64,000 nt of DNA from Takakia lepidozioides (GCA_030704615.1 CM060734.1:28520001-28584000), one strand, 5' to 3'; positions 12,493-24,200 are shown, numbered from the stretch's first letter. Numbers and translations: made by a program. The notes: generated from the sequence alone by a model not told the origin.

Positions 12493-15400
12493 GTGGTCGA
12501 CGTAGAGCTGGAAATGGATGTGGAATTTCCGATGTTGGTAATGTTCATGATGGAAGATGGTAGATTTCCCAGAACGTTTGGCTTCAAACTTGAGGTACAA
12601 ATTCTAAGGAAGGCCATGATGAGAGAGTCCATTCGGGCGGGGTTCACATATTGCGACGAGGGTACTCAATTTACAGATGAAGGTTTTTGCATGGCTTGGG
12701 GTATTTTCTTGGATGTGCTTTACTTAAAGGGTAAGGAGATTGCTAAGACGCGGGAGGAGGAGGCTGCAAGAGTGAAGCCAAAGAAGGGAAAACGGAAATC
12801 CATTGACGCCGGTGGTGATGACAATGAAGCCAGTACATCAGGAGGAAAGAAGAAACAAAAGGAGGAGATGGATCCTGCGTTCATGACACATACCAAGAAA
12901 CCCAAGGCTGCAGACATATTCGACAAAGACAAGTATGAGAAGATGTTGGAGAGGCTGGAGCAAGACTACAAGGACATGTTTCCTTTTGGGTTTGAGGCGA
13001 CCCACGACGTCAAAGTTTCCATGATGGAGCTTGCTCCTAGGGATATGGTGTACAGGCCCCTAAATGTGAAGCACAAAGACGAAGTCAAAGCGCGTCTTTA
13101 CCAGCTCCGGGTGTTCGACTCCAAACATCCAGTTTATTTGATTCCCGCAAACCCCAAGAAGCCTATGGAGGTTTCTAGTTCGAAACCTCGAAACTGGAAG
13201 GAGGTGGAAAATTCCAGATTCTTCGTCATCGATGGACAACACACGATCATTGCTGCCAAGGTAAATTTCCCTACAAAATCCAATTTTTGTAACAACATGA
13301 ACCTCCACTGGACAGCAGTGGAGGTTCATGAACTTTAAACAACATGCTTGTCAGGTCGATATCATTTCTGACCTTATTCAATTCTGTCGCAGGAACTTGT
13401 GCAAGACGTGGACGACGACAATCTTAAGAAGTACTACACTGACTGGCCCTCAAAGATTATATGGTCAAAAGATCTGATGAGGCTCGTGAAGCTATCTAAG
13501 CTCCTAAACGACCCGAATAAGGTGCAAAAATTTGACACAACATTTGCCGAGAAAGTTGCACATGCCCGAAATTTCTTCGAGCTGAGGGGGAGGCCGAAAA
13601 AGTACAACGATCACACAACGAAGTCGGAGACTAGACAATGGAAGGTAAATGATTCATTGTGTTTTCCGTTCCTTTTGCTAGGTAACCAAAATATTTTTAA
13701 GCTCGGATTTAATGTGACAAACGGAGACCGCATTACGAAGCAGGAGACACTACAAAAATAGCTTCATAAGGGAGGGTGCTACAATGAATGAGCGGGATGG
13801 TTCAGCATTCGGAAATTCGACATGATGGGGTCTTTTGTAATGTGTCTTGTTTGGTAATGAGGTGCTTGTCCAGCTCTTATTTTCCCAATCTATTTATGTT
13901 CTCCACCTGTAACAGTTCCGCAAATGTGCCACAAAAATACTTGAAACATCATATGATCATGAAAACGTGATGTTGCGGAGAACGCTTCCAAAACTTTTCA
14001 TGCTCATTAGGTTTTTCAAGGATTTTCTAGGTACACTCTTGGAACTGTTCTTGGTGGAGAACATGAACAGATTGGACAAATTTGACTTGGAGGAGCACCG
14101 CATTCCGAAGCAGGAGACACTACAGAAAGAGCTTCAAATTATAAGGCACAACAAGATGGACAGAGATGAATTGACAATCGAATCATCACTTGGTGTATAG
14201 TATAATTGACATGATAGTTGTGACTATTGTTTCATCTCAAAAATTAATATCAAATATCGAATGAAATGTCTAACTTTGGCCCTGATAATTTTTGTAGGAA
14301 TTTATGCAAGCATGTCAACTCATACTGGAGATGAATAGCATGAAGGAGGCCATGGTTCTGGTTCTCTGTGACGAAGACGTATGGAACCTATGGGAGGAGG
14401 TTTTCAAACAGTGGGAACAAAGGAAGCTTATTGATATTTTCGGGATTCAGTGCAAGGGTGAACAGCTACCGCTGAATAAAACCGCTATCGCGAAACTGCA
14501 AGGACTTAAATAGCAGGCAGTTGAAAAGGGTGGCGGAGAAAATCCTAAATAGAGACATTTGCATTCGGGGAACGAAATTCAAGGGCGCGGACAAATCCAA
14601 AAACACAATGAGCGCGTATATTGACCAAATAAAATTGCGACGGTTTATTATCGACGATGTAATGGAAGTCTTAGGGTGGCCTCGGAGGAGCAAACAGAAC
14701 CCGGAACCGTATACCAAACAGGAGTGGCGTGATATTAAAAAAAAATACAACTTCAACAAAGGTGAGTTTGAAACATTTCGAGATAGGCTCGGGAACGACT
14801 ACATTGTTAGTAAACAGAAGATGAATATGGAGACGCAGCCAATGACTGCTGCCTTCAAGAAGTATGTCTTGTTGTGCAAGCAGACCTTCGAGGATAACCA
14901 GAATGCCATGGCGATTCTACGCACGAGCTTCAGGTCCCATTACACACAGCTGGGGGGAAACCAAAAATTTGCTGATGCCAGATCACGGTTGGGACTTGCA
15001 CCAAAGAATCGGTTCGATGACATATCTATGGTGTTTGTCAATACAGTTTGTGATGATGACTCTGTTGTCTTCGAGGCAAATGACTACTCAAATATCCTGG
15101 ATGCTTTTGTGGCTCGGAAGCTCATGTCCAGTGCTTTTGTGTTTTTCTCGACACAAGAATCATCGGGAAATCTTGTGTCATACATCCGGAATGCCCCTGG
15201 ATCAAAGTCGTTTATTATCCGACAGGGTTATTACATTCCCGGCGAGTTTGAATCACCTTACAAGAGCTGCACGACTATTTTCTCCCGGACGGTCCTCTGC
15301 CTCGACTACGTATTTCCGGCAACAACTAAGGAGATGGTGAATCCGGACGACCACATTCAAACTGTTTTGTTATCGCCGGACCCAAGTAATCCCGTTATCC

Positions 15401-15900
15401 AAGGACCAGATATAGACCCGACCTCGCAGGAGAAGGAGTGCAGGACTTACCATCATGAGCTGAGGCCGGACACCTACGATTACCTGGTTTTTTTTTTTTG
15501 CAGGGACGGAATGTCTTGTGTGAACATTTTCGGAGGACTGGCAATGATATACGTTCTGCTTGTAAGTGGATTCTGCATCTTGGAATTGTTTGTGTTTTCA
15601 ATTTTCCCCGATTTAACTCTCGTATTATTGACGTTGTCATAATAGCGTGTTTAACCTGTGTCTGATTGTTTCCATTTTGTTAACCTCCACTGGGCAGTGG
15701 AGGTTCATGTTATTGGAGTTGTGGGTGTTTTGGGTGTTTGTTATTCTGCAGTTTGGTGTGTTTGGTAGTTGTCTCAAAATAAAGCCTAACCCTTTCAATC
15801 TTTCGATGGTTGGTGTTCGTCGGATTTATTTTGATATCATTGTTTGGTTTCATTGCAGGAAAGAAATATTCGTGTGCTCGACATAAACTTTGTAACGAAA
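12493..15900 (+). pseudogene. Spliced cargo gene: ParB/Srx-like (DGQH) domain fused to a degenerate beta-class N6A/N4C DNA methyltransferase-like domain
   Basis: FFVIDGQHT at ~13219-13245; frame-preserving GT-AG introns 13261-13392, 13645-14297, 15562-15858; one +1 frameshift at ~14510; C-terminal HHELRPDTYDYLVFFFCRDGMSCVNIFGG...ERNIRVLDI resembles HP.QKP..L...LI.....GD.VLD.F.G...GR..IG.E. Confidence 0.6.
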
Positions 15901-15959
15901 AAGAAATTTTGTAGAAGCAAAGGTGGAGGCCTATTTCAGGTCCCTTCAGATTGACAATC

Positions 15960-17374
15960 AGACTATCGCATGAGACGGAAATGACGGAGACTCACTGTAG
16001 GATGACGAAGTGGACGAAGAAGATGATGACGAAGGACACGACAAAGATCAGGACGAGAGGAAATGGAGGAGAAACAAGAAGAGGACGACGAGGAGGAGAA
16101 AGACGATGATGAGAACATGGAAATCGTCAACGGAGTCCAGGGGCAGATGCGGCTAATGTGGGAAAGGGAAAGAGAGGGCCGGGAAATTTCACGGTTGGAT
16201 AATCTAGGTAGTACTCCAAATACCCAAGAACGCGTTGCGCCACAAGATGTACACAATCTGGACAGCTCTTCCTCCAGTTCCGATAACACCACAAATAAGA
16301 ATCCGGCTTCTCCAGGGGGACAAGAAGCGACATCGAGGGAGTTAGTTGAAACCCTCGGTCAAGGGTTCACACCTGTGGAAGGTGACGAGGCATTGATTAT
16401 GTCACCGGATCCCGTTAACAATCGTCGTGAGCTGGTGTCCCAGAATGTCACCCAAGAAGTGGTTCTGGATGTAGGTAACAAATGACAATTAGTGAATGTT
16501 TATTCGTACACACTTCTGAATACAATATGACAATATTGTAATTATACATACTTGTGAGTGGAATAATCCGAATGTTTTTCCATATGACAATATTGTAATT
16601 ATATAAAATCCCAATGTTTTTCCCATATCCGTCTTTCAGGACTTCCGAATAAAACATATTTCCACCCGGATACATATTTCCGTTCGCACACCTTTGTGGA
16701 CAGCCACTAACCGATTTGGATAACTTTTCTTGTAGATCCAAGAATCCAATTCGGAGGAAATGACACACACAAGAAAATGATCAAAAGATACTCAAACGGT
16801 GAAGAGACACGTGGATCTGACAGTGAGGGCCAGGTCACCTGAGCCGGTTCCACAAGTAACCTCCACTGTCCAGTCAACGTTGCCATCAAGGGACGCAGGG
16901 ATTGAGTCGGAGAATCCTCCTACTCGTGGGGAAGGAGAAGAGACAGAGCACCACAATCGCGTAATCCAACAACAGATCCCGATTCGGGTAAAACATTGGC
17001 TTTCTTCTTATTACTCTTATTATTGGTCTTTTAGTCTCATCTTCAGTATTGCTCAATTCGGTAATTTTGTCAGATCATTTTGGACCACCATAGTCGTCAT
17101 CCATGGGATTTTTCATTAATTTCCTGTAGATTCGTGAGACGACGTCTGAGGAGATCAAACACACGAGGACCGACTCCATCGACACTGAGATGGTGAAGAG
17201 AAGAGTGGATCGAACAATTACTGTCGCTCTATCTGAGCCGGTCATACAAGTAACCTCCACTGGACAGTCGAGGTTGCCATCTGGCTCCACAGAGAAGGAC
17301 GAAAACGTTGGACGTAGAGATGGGAAAGAGGAGGAGCAGCCTGCCCAGGGATCTCAGCAGCTAACTCCAAAACG
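15960..17374 (+). CDS. Acidic/low-complexity exons, including a duplicated exon pair (~16736-16987, ~17130-17374)
   Basis: D/E-rich ORF 16063-16485; paralogous peptides VKRHVDLTVRARSPEPVPQVTSTVQSTLPS and VKRRVDRTITVALSEPVIQVTSTGQSRLPS, each bounded by tgtag|...|gtaa. Confidence 0.5.
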
Positions 17375-17529
17375 GTAATGATTTCAACTCCATTCTTCCG
17401 TTTGTCTACTTTGGGATTTCTCAAATTGAAATTAATAATGAACTCTTCTGTTATTCCACATGACAACATGCATTACCCTCCAGTCGACTATTCCCTTTCT
17501 GTCAATCCAAACAATCTGCGTTCCCTTCC

Positions 17530-18267
17530 TTGGGGACCGAACGGATGCCGGCCAGGATACTACTGGTTCTGGACATCGGTTACCTTTGTGAGGTTTTCCT
17601 AAAGGATGGAAAGAAAACACCTCCTGCCACCCAGCCTTGTATCTCCGCAGGGAAAATCAAGTTAGCTACACGAAACGGTCTTGACGAATTCGTTAAGTGG
17701 GTCGTCAAAAAGTTTGCCGTTTGTTTTTGGAACGCTGGACCTGAAATGAACGTCGAGACTATCGCCAAGGCCGTGTTCGGGAAGTACTATTCCCAGGTCA
17801 TAACTTACAGCAGTGAAAATTCCGTCATGCATAGATCGACATTCAACGAAAAATGGCCTAAAGCTCCCAAAAATCCCATCTACTTTAAACGTCTTTACGA
17901 CATTTTCGCTGAGGAACACCCGACGGCTTACAAATCCAATACTCTCCTCATCGACACTGTAGACAATATGTACAAGTCCTACTTGAACCCGTTAGGACAT
18001 ACCATCTTCCTTCCAAAATATAAGGCGCGCGTGGACCCTGACAGGGATAAATTTCTACTGGAAGAGCTCAAGCCTCACCTTAACATGTTCCGGTTATCGG
18101 GGATGGATGTCATGCCATTCAACGACCTACATCATTTTGGCGTTTCGAAGGATTTCTTCGAGGACGACCCAGCGGTCAAATTTCTTAGAGACTTTGATTA
18201 TAGGTGGCAGAAGTTCCTTAGCAATCTCGAGTTGCGTGCCGCTGCATTGGGACATAAAATATTTTAA
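17530..18267 (+). CDS. FCP1/SCP-like (NIF, HAD-superfamily) phosphatase domain 1
   Basis: LLVLDIG..., TRNGLDEFV, AVCFWNAG, YFKRL, SNTLLIDT, KSYLNP. Confidence 0.75.
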   Translation: MGTERMPARILLVLDIGYLCEVFLKDGKKTPPATQPCISAGKIKLATRNGLDEFVKWVVKKFAVCFWNAGPEMNVETIAKAVFGKYYSQVITYSSENSVMHRSTFNEKWPKAPKNPIYFKRLYDIFAEEHPTAYKSNTLLIDTVDNMYKSYLNPLGHTIFLPKYKARVDPDRDKFLLEELKPHLNMFRLSGMDVMPFNDLHHFGVSKDFFEDDPAVKFLRDFDYRWQKFLSNLELRAAALGHKIF

Positions 18268-18399
18268 CTGAGTTTGGTGAACCTCGGCTATCCAGTGGAC
18301 GTTCTTGTTCACTTGCCTGGTGTCGGTTTTCCAATGCATTGTACTGTTCCCTTTTATTTTATGAATGACTCTCTGGCAGATTGGAGTCTCCTGCGCAAA

Positions 18400-19092
18400 G
18401 GTGCTTGATTATTTTTGAAATGGAGTCTTGTGAAAATCTTGAAGCACTAGAAGAGCTACAATGTCCCCCGGTTTTCAGAATCGGACTACAGAATTCCAGC
18501 TCTTGTCGGATTCTGACTTGTCTTTAGATGGGAGAAATATCGCGAAGTGTGGACAGAGTTGCACAAACACTACTCGTCAGGGATTTGGAGCTCTATGATG
18601 TACAAGAACTTGCAGCGCATCCTGGATTTTTTGCTTCGTGGTCTACCTCAACCGGCCTTCGTTATGTCTCAAGAGGATTGTATTTCATGCCCTACTTCGG
18701 TTCACCCTCAATTCAAATCAGGATTGGACCCTCCCCATTTGTTTTTGAAGCCACTGGTCAAGGTCTGGAAGGGATTTGGTGGGCAATACACCAAGAGTAA
18801 CACTCTGCTCATTGACGACACCGCCATGAAGTGTATATTGAACCTGCCCGACTCATGTCTTGTTCTCAAACCGTTCCAGACCGTTGAGACTGATGGTTGC
18901 TATCTTCTCAAGATTCTTCAGACCTATTTGCTTGGAATGAGGAAACATCCCACTGTTTCAAGCTATCTTAGGAAAAAAATGATAGGGTTGAGTCTTTTTC
19001 CCAATGTTTCAAACGATCCCAAGTTTAGTCCACTCTGGGATTTTATTGAGGACAACGGTTTTAAGAGTCTCAGATATGATGCTTCAAAATAA
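18400..19092 (+). pseudogene. FCP1/SCP-like phosphatase domain 2 (N-terminus degraded)
   Basis: GIWSSMM, SQEDC, LFLKPLVKVW, YTKSNTLLIDDTAMKCILN. Confidence 0.8.
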
Positions 19093-20653
19093 ATTATTTT
19101 TGATCAATCCCATCTCACTCGAGCTATTGAATATCTTCATGGTTTCTCTTTTTCATTTCCTTGTAATCACACACGTAAAAGATATGGTACTCTCATTTTG
19201 ACTCATTTTTCAGTTGAATTCTTGACGTACATTCCGGGCAATCCCAAGACTCTGATACAGGCCTTCATACGGGGACATGACTATATCTAGTGATCTCCAC
19301 TGTTCAGTGGAGGTTCGCTTTCTTGCATTCTCGGATTTATGATTATGTCTCTTTGGCAGGTTCAAGGAGATGCTAACAACGTCATCGGTTCCTCAAGTCC
19401 CCTAAAGGAACCCTCCGGATCAGCTGTGAGTCGGAGTATTGAAGGCTTTCCGAGGGTTCACGATGGTGCTCAAATTGAGGATGGATCCTCTGTCAGACCC
19501 TTGTCCTCCCGGGAAGTGGGCGACACTCTTCTCCTCTCGGGTCCTCCCGGGGGTAAAGTCCAAGGTGCAGGTGAAGAACACAAATATCCCGAAGACTTTA
19601 TCGACCTTTCCCAACATTCCTCACCCTCCCTGTTCAGTACGCAGGGTTTGGTCTATCCAACCCGCAGGGCAACCGTCGGGGACTCGACTACAGCTCTGCT
19701 GCACCTTCTTCCGTCTCTTCCTCGCATATCTCCCCAGCACGAGGGTTGGACAGCCCAAATCCGCAGCAGTCAGGTGACTTAAACTCATTTCTCGCTCCTT
19801 GCTCATTCTCCTAGTTTCACTTAGTTTGGGTCTGATATTCATCTGTCGCTCCAGGTAAGAAAATCTGCAGATTATGACATTCTTGTCAAACGACGTCTGC
19901 ATTGGAATGCAGTTCCGAGGTAAATTATTCCTTCGTTGCGTTTTCATTCCATCCAGGATGTCGAGTGCTCAAGGGACAATTTTCTGTGCTTGCCTGTTGT
20001 TGCCCCTCCACTTCTCCCGTCGTTCAATGGCAAAACATCTCCAACATCGACACAGCGTGACCCTGAACTACTCGCACAATATTCTGCACCAAAGAGGCGA
20101 AAAGAGCCCCCGAGCCATTTCCTTCCTCTGCAAGGAATCATTCCAAAGGACAAAAGGCTGACAAGAAAAAAAGAACGGACTCCAAACACTTGAGGACTCC
20201 CTCGGATGTTGTGGCGCCTTGTCAATCCAAGCCCGCGGGAATCCACTGTTCTTCTGCAAGACATTCCAATAAGGCTTCAATGGTACATTTCAAAACAATT
20301 TCTCCACTTTCGTTTGCAGTTTGTTTTTCTGTCCCAGACTAACTCCGTAATTTCTATACAAGCAAGTATGGAGCCGCATAACTTCTTGAATGCGCCTCCC
20401 GACAAGGTGCGTCCACTAACCTCCACTTGACAGCCAACGTTCATCTTTTTGTGATCTCAAACTCTTCGATATATGGTCTACTCTTGGTCATTTACAGTAG
20501 TCCATTGTCGGGACACTTATGTCTCAGAAAACGTAGAGGTCACTCTGAAACTAAGAAACACGACATCGTGTTGTTTCTGACGGCGGGAACACTTAAATTG
20601 CGCAGGATGGTATCGTCCATCAACCTTCATTTGCCACATCGGGGAAGAGGAAA

Positions 20654-21352
20654 CGGATGTTGTTAATATTGATGTCAACGGTCTCCTTTACTACCGGCCA
20701 CCTCCAACCGGCGGTGAATTGTTTAAGGAGAGATTTCGTTTCAGGAAAGTTACAGTTCATGTTCCCGAAAGGCCTTTTGTGGTTCCCCGGCCCAGAGTCT
20801 TGGAGTTTCTCAACCTTGCGTTCATGTATTTTCACGTGACGATCTGGTCATGTGCTGAAAGACATGTTCTTTGTAGGATGCTCGAGTGCTTAGTTCCTAC
20901 GAAAATTGCGAAGAAGTTTTGCTTCATCTGGTTAGCTGAGGATTGCAAAGACACTACCGGTTACATCATGCCTGGGATGAAATATCTCGTTAAGGATATT
21001 CGTACTGTTCTTGCCAAGTACCCTGGTATACCCTTTGCAACGCAGGGACAAATACTCCTTGTTGATGATGAGCCATCAAAGGGCCTCCGAAACCCACCAA
21101 ATACTGGATTCTTCCTTATTTCATACAAGCCATCACCAAAGGGATTGGTTGACCAGGATGATATGACAAAAGTTGTGTGGCCCTATATATTGAAAATGGC
21201 TGCAGCTTCAACAGTCGTAGATTACATCAGCGAGAACCCTGCCAAGTGTTCTCGTAAGCCTATTAGTCGTGACCATGCCTATTGGGCTTGGTACGGAAGA
21301 TATGTTGATCCTCGTGTTTGGATCCCACAACAAAAGAAACCTGATTACCTTG
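20654..21352 (+). pseudogene. FCP1/SCP-like phosphatase domain 3 (1-nt frameshift near 20669)
   Basis: MLLI/DVNGLL, PRPRVLEFL, VTIWSCA, FIWLAEDC, LVKDI, ILLVDDEPSKGLRNPPN. Confidence 0.85.
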
Positions 21353-22250
21353 GTATGTACTTATCCCACTGTTTGTTGTTTATGGAGAATTTGATCTTGA
21401 AAGTGTCTTCCACTTGCACTTTTACTTTATTATTTTTTCTACAAATGTTCCACATTTCAGTTGACATTTGTCAAATGAAAAACTGTTTTGCCCAGTCACA
21501 TTCAAGGAGCGAATTCAAAAAAAAGAAGAAGAGCTTCGTGATTGGCAAGAATGGCGGGCTTTCCGGCAGGCTTCAAGGGCATCAAGAGATTCAACAAGTA
21601 GAGTTCCAAGTAACATTTCGGATGATAATGTTACTACTAGGTTCGAGTTCTCCGAAAGTATTTCCGTTTCATCTGGTGCGGAGACCGTTGCAAGTGGTTG
21701 TGGTAACCGGAGGCGTCTTCGAACACATGCCTTGACTGCGAGCTGTTTGGGAGGAGGCTCTGTAATATTAATGGGTTAGTGTAAGCCGTTGTATGGCTTC
21801 GAGCCGCTGGATAACATTAAGTCCAACGGATGTACAGTTGACGTTACATTATATCTGACTGCAACGCCAAAGTTGCAATCTCTAATAAAATATGAATGTT
21901 TATCATCAATGTATGCGGACACATTCTTTCATATCATCCTCTTCATCACATGCCATGATTGTTCTATGTTTGGTTTTGTATGTCATCTGATATGGCAACC
22001 ATTTTTTGCAAAAAGTTTTACATATCTGACCTCACATCATGGTGTAATTTATTGCATCATCCCAATTTTTTCGTGAACGTCAATTTGGTAGTGGATGTTC
22101 TTCTAAAACCACAATACATACTTATATTGTCTCCAAAAAATGTTTGGAGGATTATATTGTGTATAAAATAACCAAAATAATCATATATATCACTTTATTT
22201 CAATAATAAATTTTGTTTATTCATATTTCTCATATTATTTCTGGACCAAA

Positions 22251-22280
22251 CAAAAGTCCAGAATTAGTTAAAATAGTGTT
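22251..22280 (-). repeat. Right TIR
   Basis: caaaagtccagaattagttaaaatagtgtt, inverse of 3170-3199. Confidence 0.92.
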
Positions 22281-24200
22281 TTTTACACAGTCACCCACGC
22301 AATTTCTCTCCAGCTCATTATATGTATGACATACGTATCTGTGTGATCTACTAGCTCCCTGAGTCATACTAAATTTCACATTCATATCTCTCTCCCCAAG
22401 TCATGATTTTACATAGCGACCCACGCAATTTCTCTCCAGCTCATAATACGTATGACATATGTATTTGTTTTTACTCACCAGTGCACTACCCACGAAATAT
22501 ATTCCACCCACAACCATCCATCCCACCCAAATTGGGCCCCGCCGCCATTCATTCGCAGGCCTCATCCATACCCTCTATCATCCAAGCTGTCACTTTCATC
22601 CCCATCCTTTGCCTAAAGCCCACATCAAATTTAACCATAGGCCACGCTATGTGTTGTCACAATCCCCACACTCCTCTAATCTGCTACATATACATGTCAA
22701 ATATTCCTACCCATGCACTGTTCCCTTGTCTTCATCAATACCTTGTGGGTAACAAAAACCCTCCTAACCCAAATACTACCACACGACTCCCATCCTCTAC
22801 TCGTCGTCATCTCCTAAACAGCTACCACCCATCCTCTACTCAACATATTGCACAACCCGCATATCAAGACCTGTATGCCAAAAAAATACCATCAAATATG
22901 GCGCATCCCAGACATCTCAACCCCAAATACCCATACAATGGATTGGCTTTATCTCCCAATCAGTATGCCCCAAGTCCTCACTATGCACTACTCATCCCTA
23001 GATCACTTTGCCCACATATTACCACCTCTCAAACTGTTGCCCAAACCCCATCAACCCCCTCCCTGAATGAAACCACATCACCCCAACCCACAACGCCTCA
23101 CGCATGGTGCCCCACCGGGATTGCTCTCATGTTGTTCTCCCGACCCCCGCCACAAACCCCTCAAAATAAACACTTCATCCAACCAACTCCATCCATACAT
23201 TTATATGAATACATTAATCTAAAGGACCCACCCACCTACCTCTTCCTTCCTTATCTAAAGCCAAGACCCACCTCATACCCGAAGGCCGCCCTCAACCCAT
23301 ACCCTGACTGCCAAGCATGCCCTCTCATTAACCTAAATACCATTAGCCCACCCATTCATACGCCAGCAACCAGCTCCACCTATACCCACTACGATGCCGT
23401 AAAAATCACCCTCCACATATTTTCATACACTGCTCACCCCCCAAATACCCCTAGACCACTCAACAGACACCTCCTAACCCACTCTCTACACAGCATATAC
23501 CACTGTCGGCCACCTGCATCCAAACACTCCCGCCATCACCCACCATCCCACCACAAGACCCACCAACTAGCATGCGCACAGATTATGTTAATACGTTGCA
23601 GGGACATCCACCCCAACCCGGGACCCCCTACCATCACCAGTATCATTAACAACCTACCAAAGGACCACAAAGAACGATATAAACTATATTTCCAAAAAGA
23701 CACAGTCTCTCTAGCCCCTGCATACCAACACCTAAGCGACCATTTCTTCCCCTTTTTTCGTAGCTCTTCCACCAATACACGCCCACCCACACAGCCAATA
23801 GCCACTTTTGGACTCCCTGCCTGCCAAAACTCAATGCTAGTCACTGTCACTCATAAACTCCACCTATACCCTCAACAACACATTCTCTTCTCACTAATCA
23901 TTACCATCTCCCCAATCCCATCAATATGTAATGACTACCTGGCAACCCACCCAGACACACAAATACGCTCACTTCTACAAAAACTACACAACTTACCCAC
24001 ACACCCCCACACTTCCTGCATAACCTTCACAAATCCCTACATTTACTACAAACCAAACCCTACAAAGTCCACCAAATATTAAGTGAACACTTAGCAGACA
24101 CATCTACAAACATACATGAACTTGACACCATCACTAACAAATTTCCATTCCTATCACAAAACATCCTCACTGCAACCCTCCAAGCCAAAGTAAGCATTCC
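22281..24200 (+). mobile_element. Degenerate non-LTR-retrotransposon-like relic with a 2A-like motif; continuous with ~2200-3169 across the giant transposon
   Basis: Strong C/A strand skew, 559-codon open frame, MLIRCRDIHPNPGP at 23585-23626; no EN or RT motifs remain. Confidence 0.45.

Larger units (their letters stand above)
5400..20441. repeat. Dispersed 24-bp palindrome AACCTCCACTG-NN-CAGTGGAGGTT, about 13 copies
   Basis: Copies start at 5400, 7480, 8908, 9124, 11288, 12180 (perfect), 13300, 15682 (perfect), 16858, 17252, 18280, 19292, 20418. Confidence 0.9.
3170..22280. mobile_element. Giant (19,111 bp) TIR DNA transposon, Sola-like transposase, cargo-bearing
   Basis: 30-bp TIRs 3170-3199 / 22251-22280 (28/30 match); TTTT duplicated at 3166-3169 and 22281-22284; an unoccupied paralogous site (ccccaagtcatgattttacatagcgacccacgc, 22394-22426) confirms the junctions; internal transposase pseudogene. 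Confidence 0.9.

Noticed and set aside
5400-20441. CRISPR repeats or bacterial REP elements for the 24-bp palindrome
   Set aside because: Kilobase irregular spacing, eukaryotic spliced context, no cas genes.
22268-22280. CACTA (EnSpm) assignment, because the right end reads CACTA on the minus strand
   Set aside because: The left end reads CCCTA, the empty site supports AA-initiated termini with a 4-bp TSD, and the transposase motifs are not CACTA-type.
22403-24082. 559-aa Pro/His/Thr-rich host gene
   Set aside because: Composition reflects C/A strand skew; only the 2A-like motif is interpretable.
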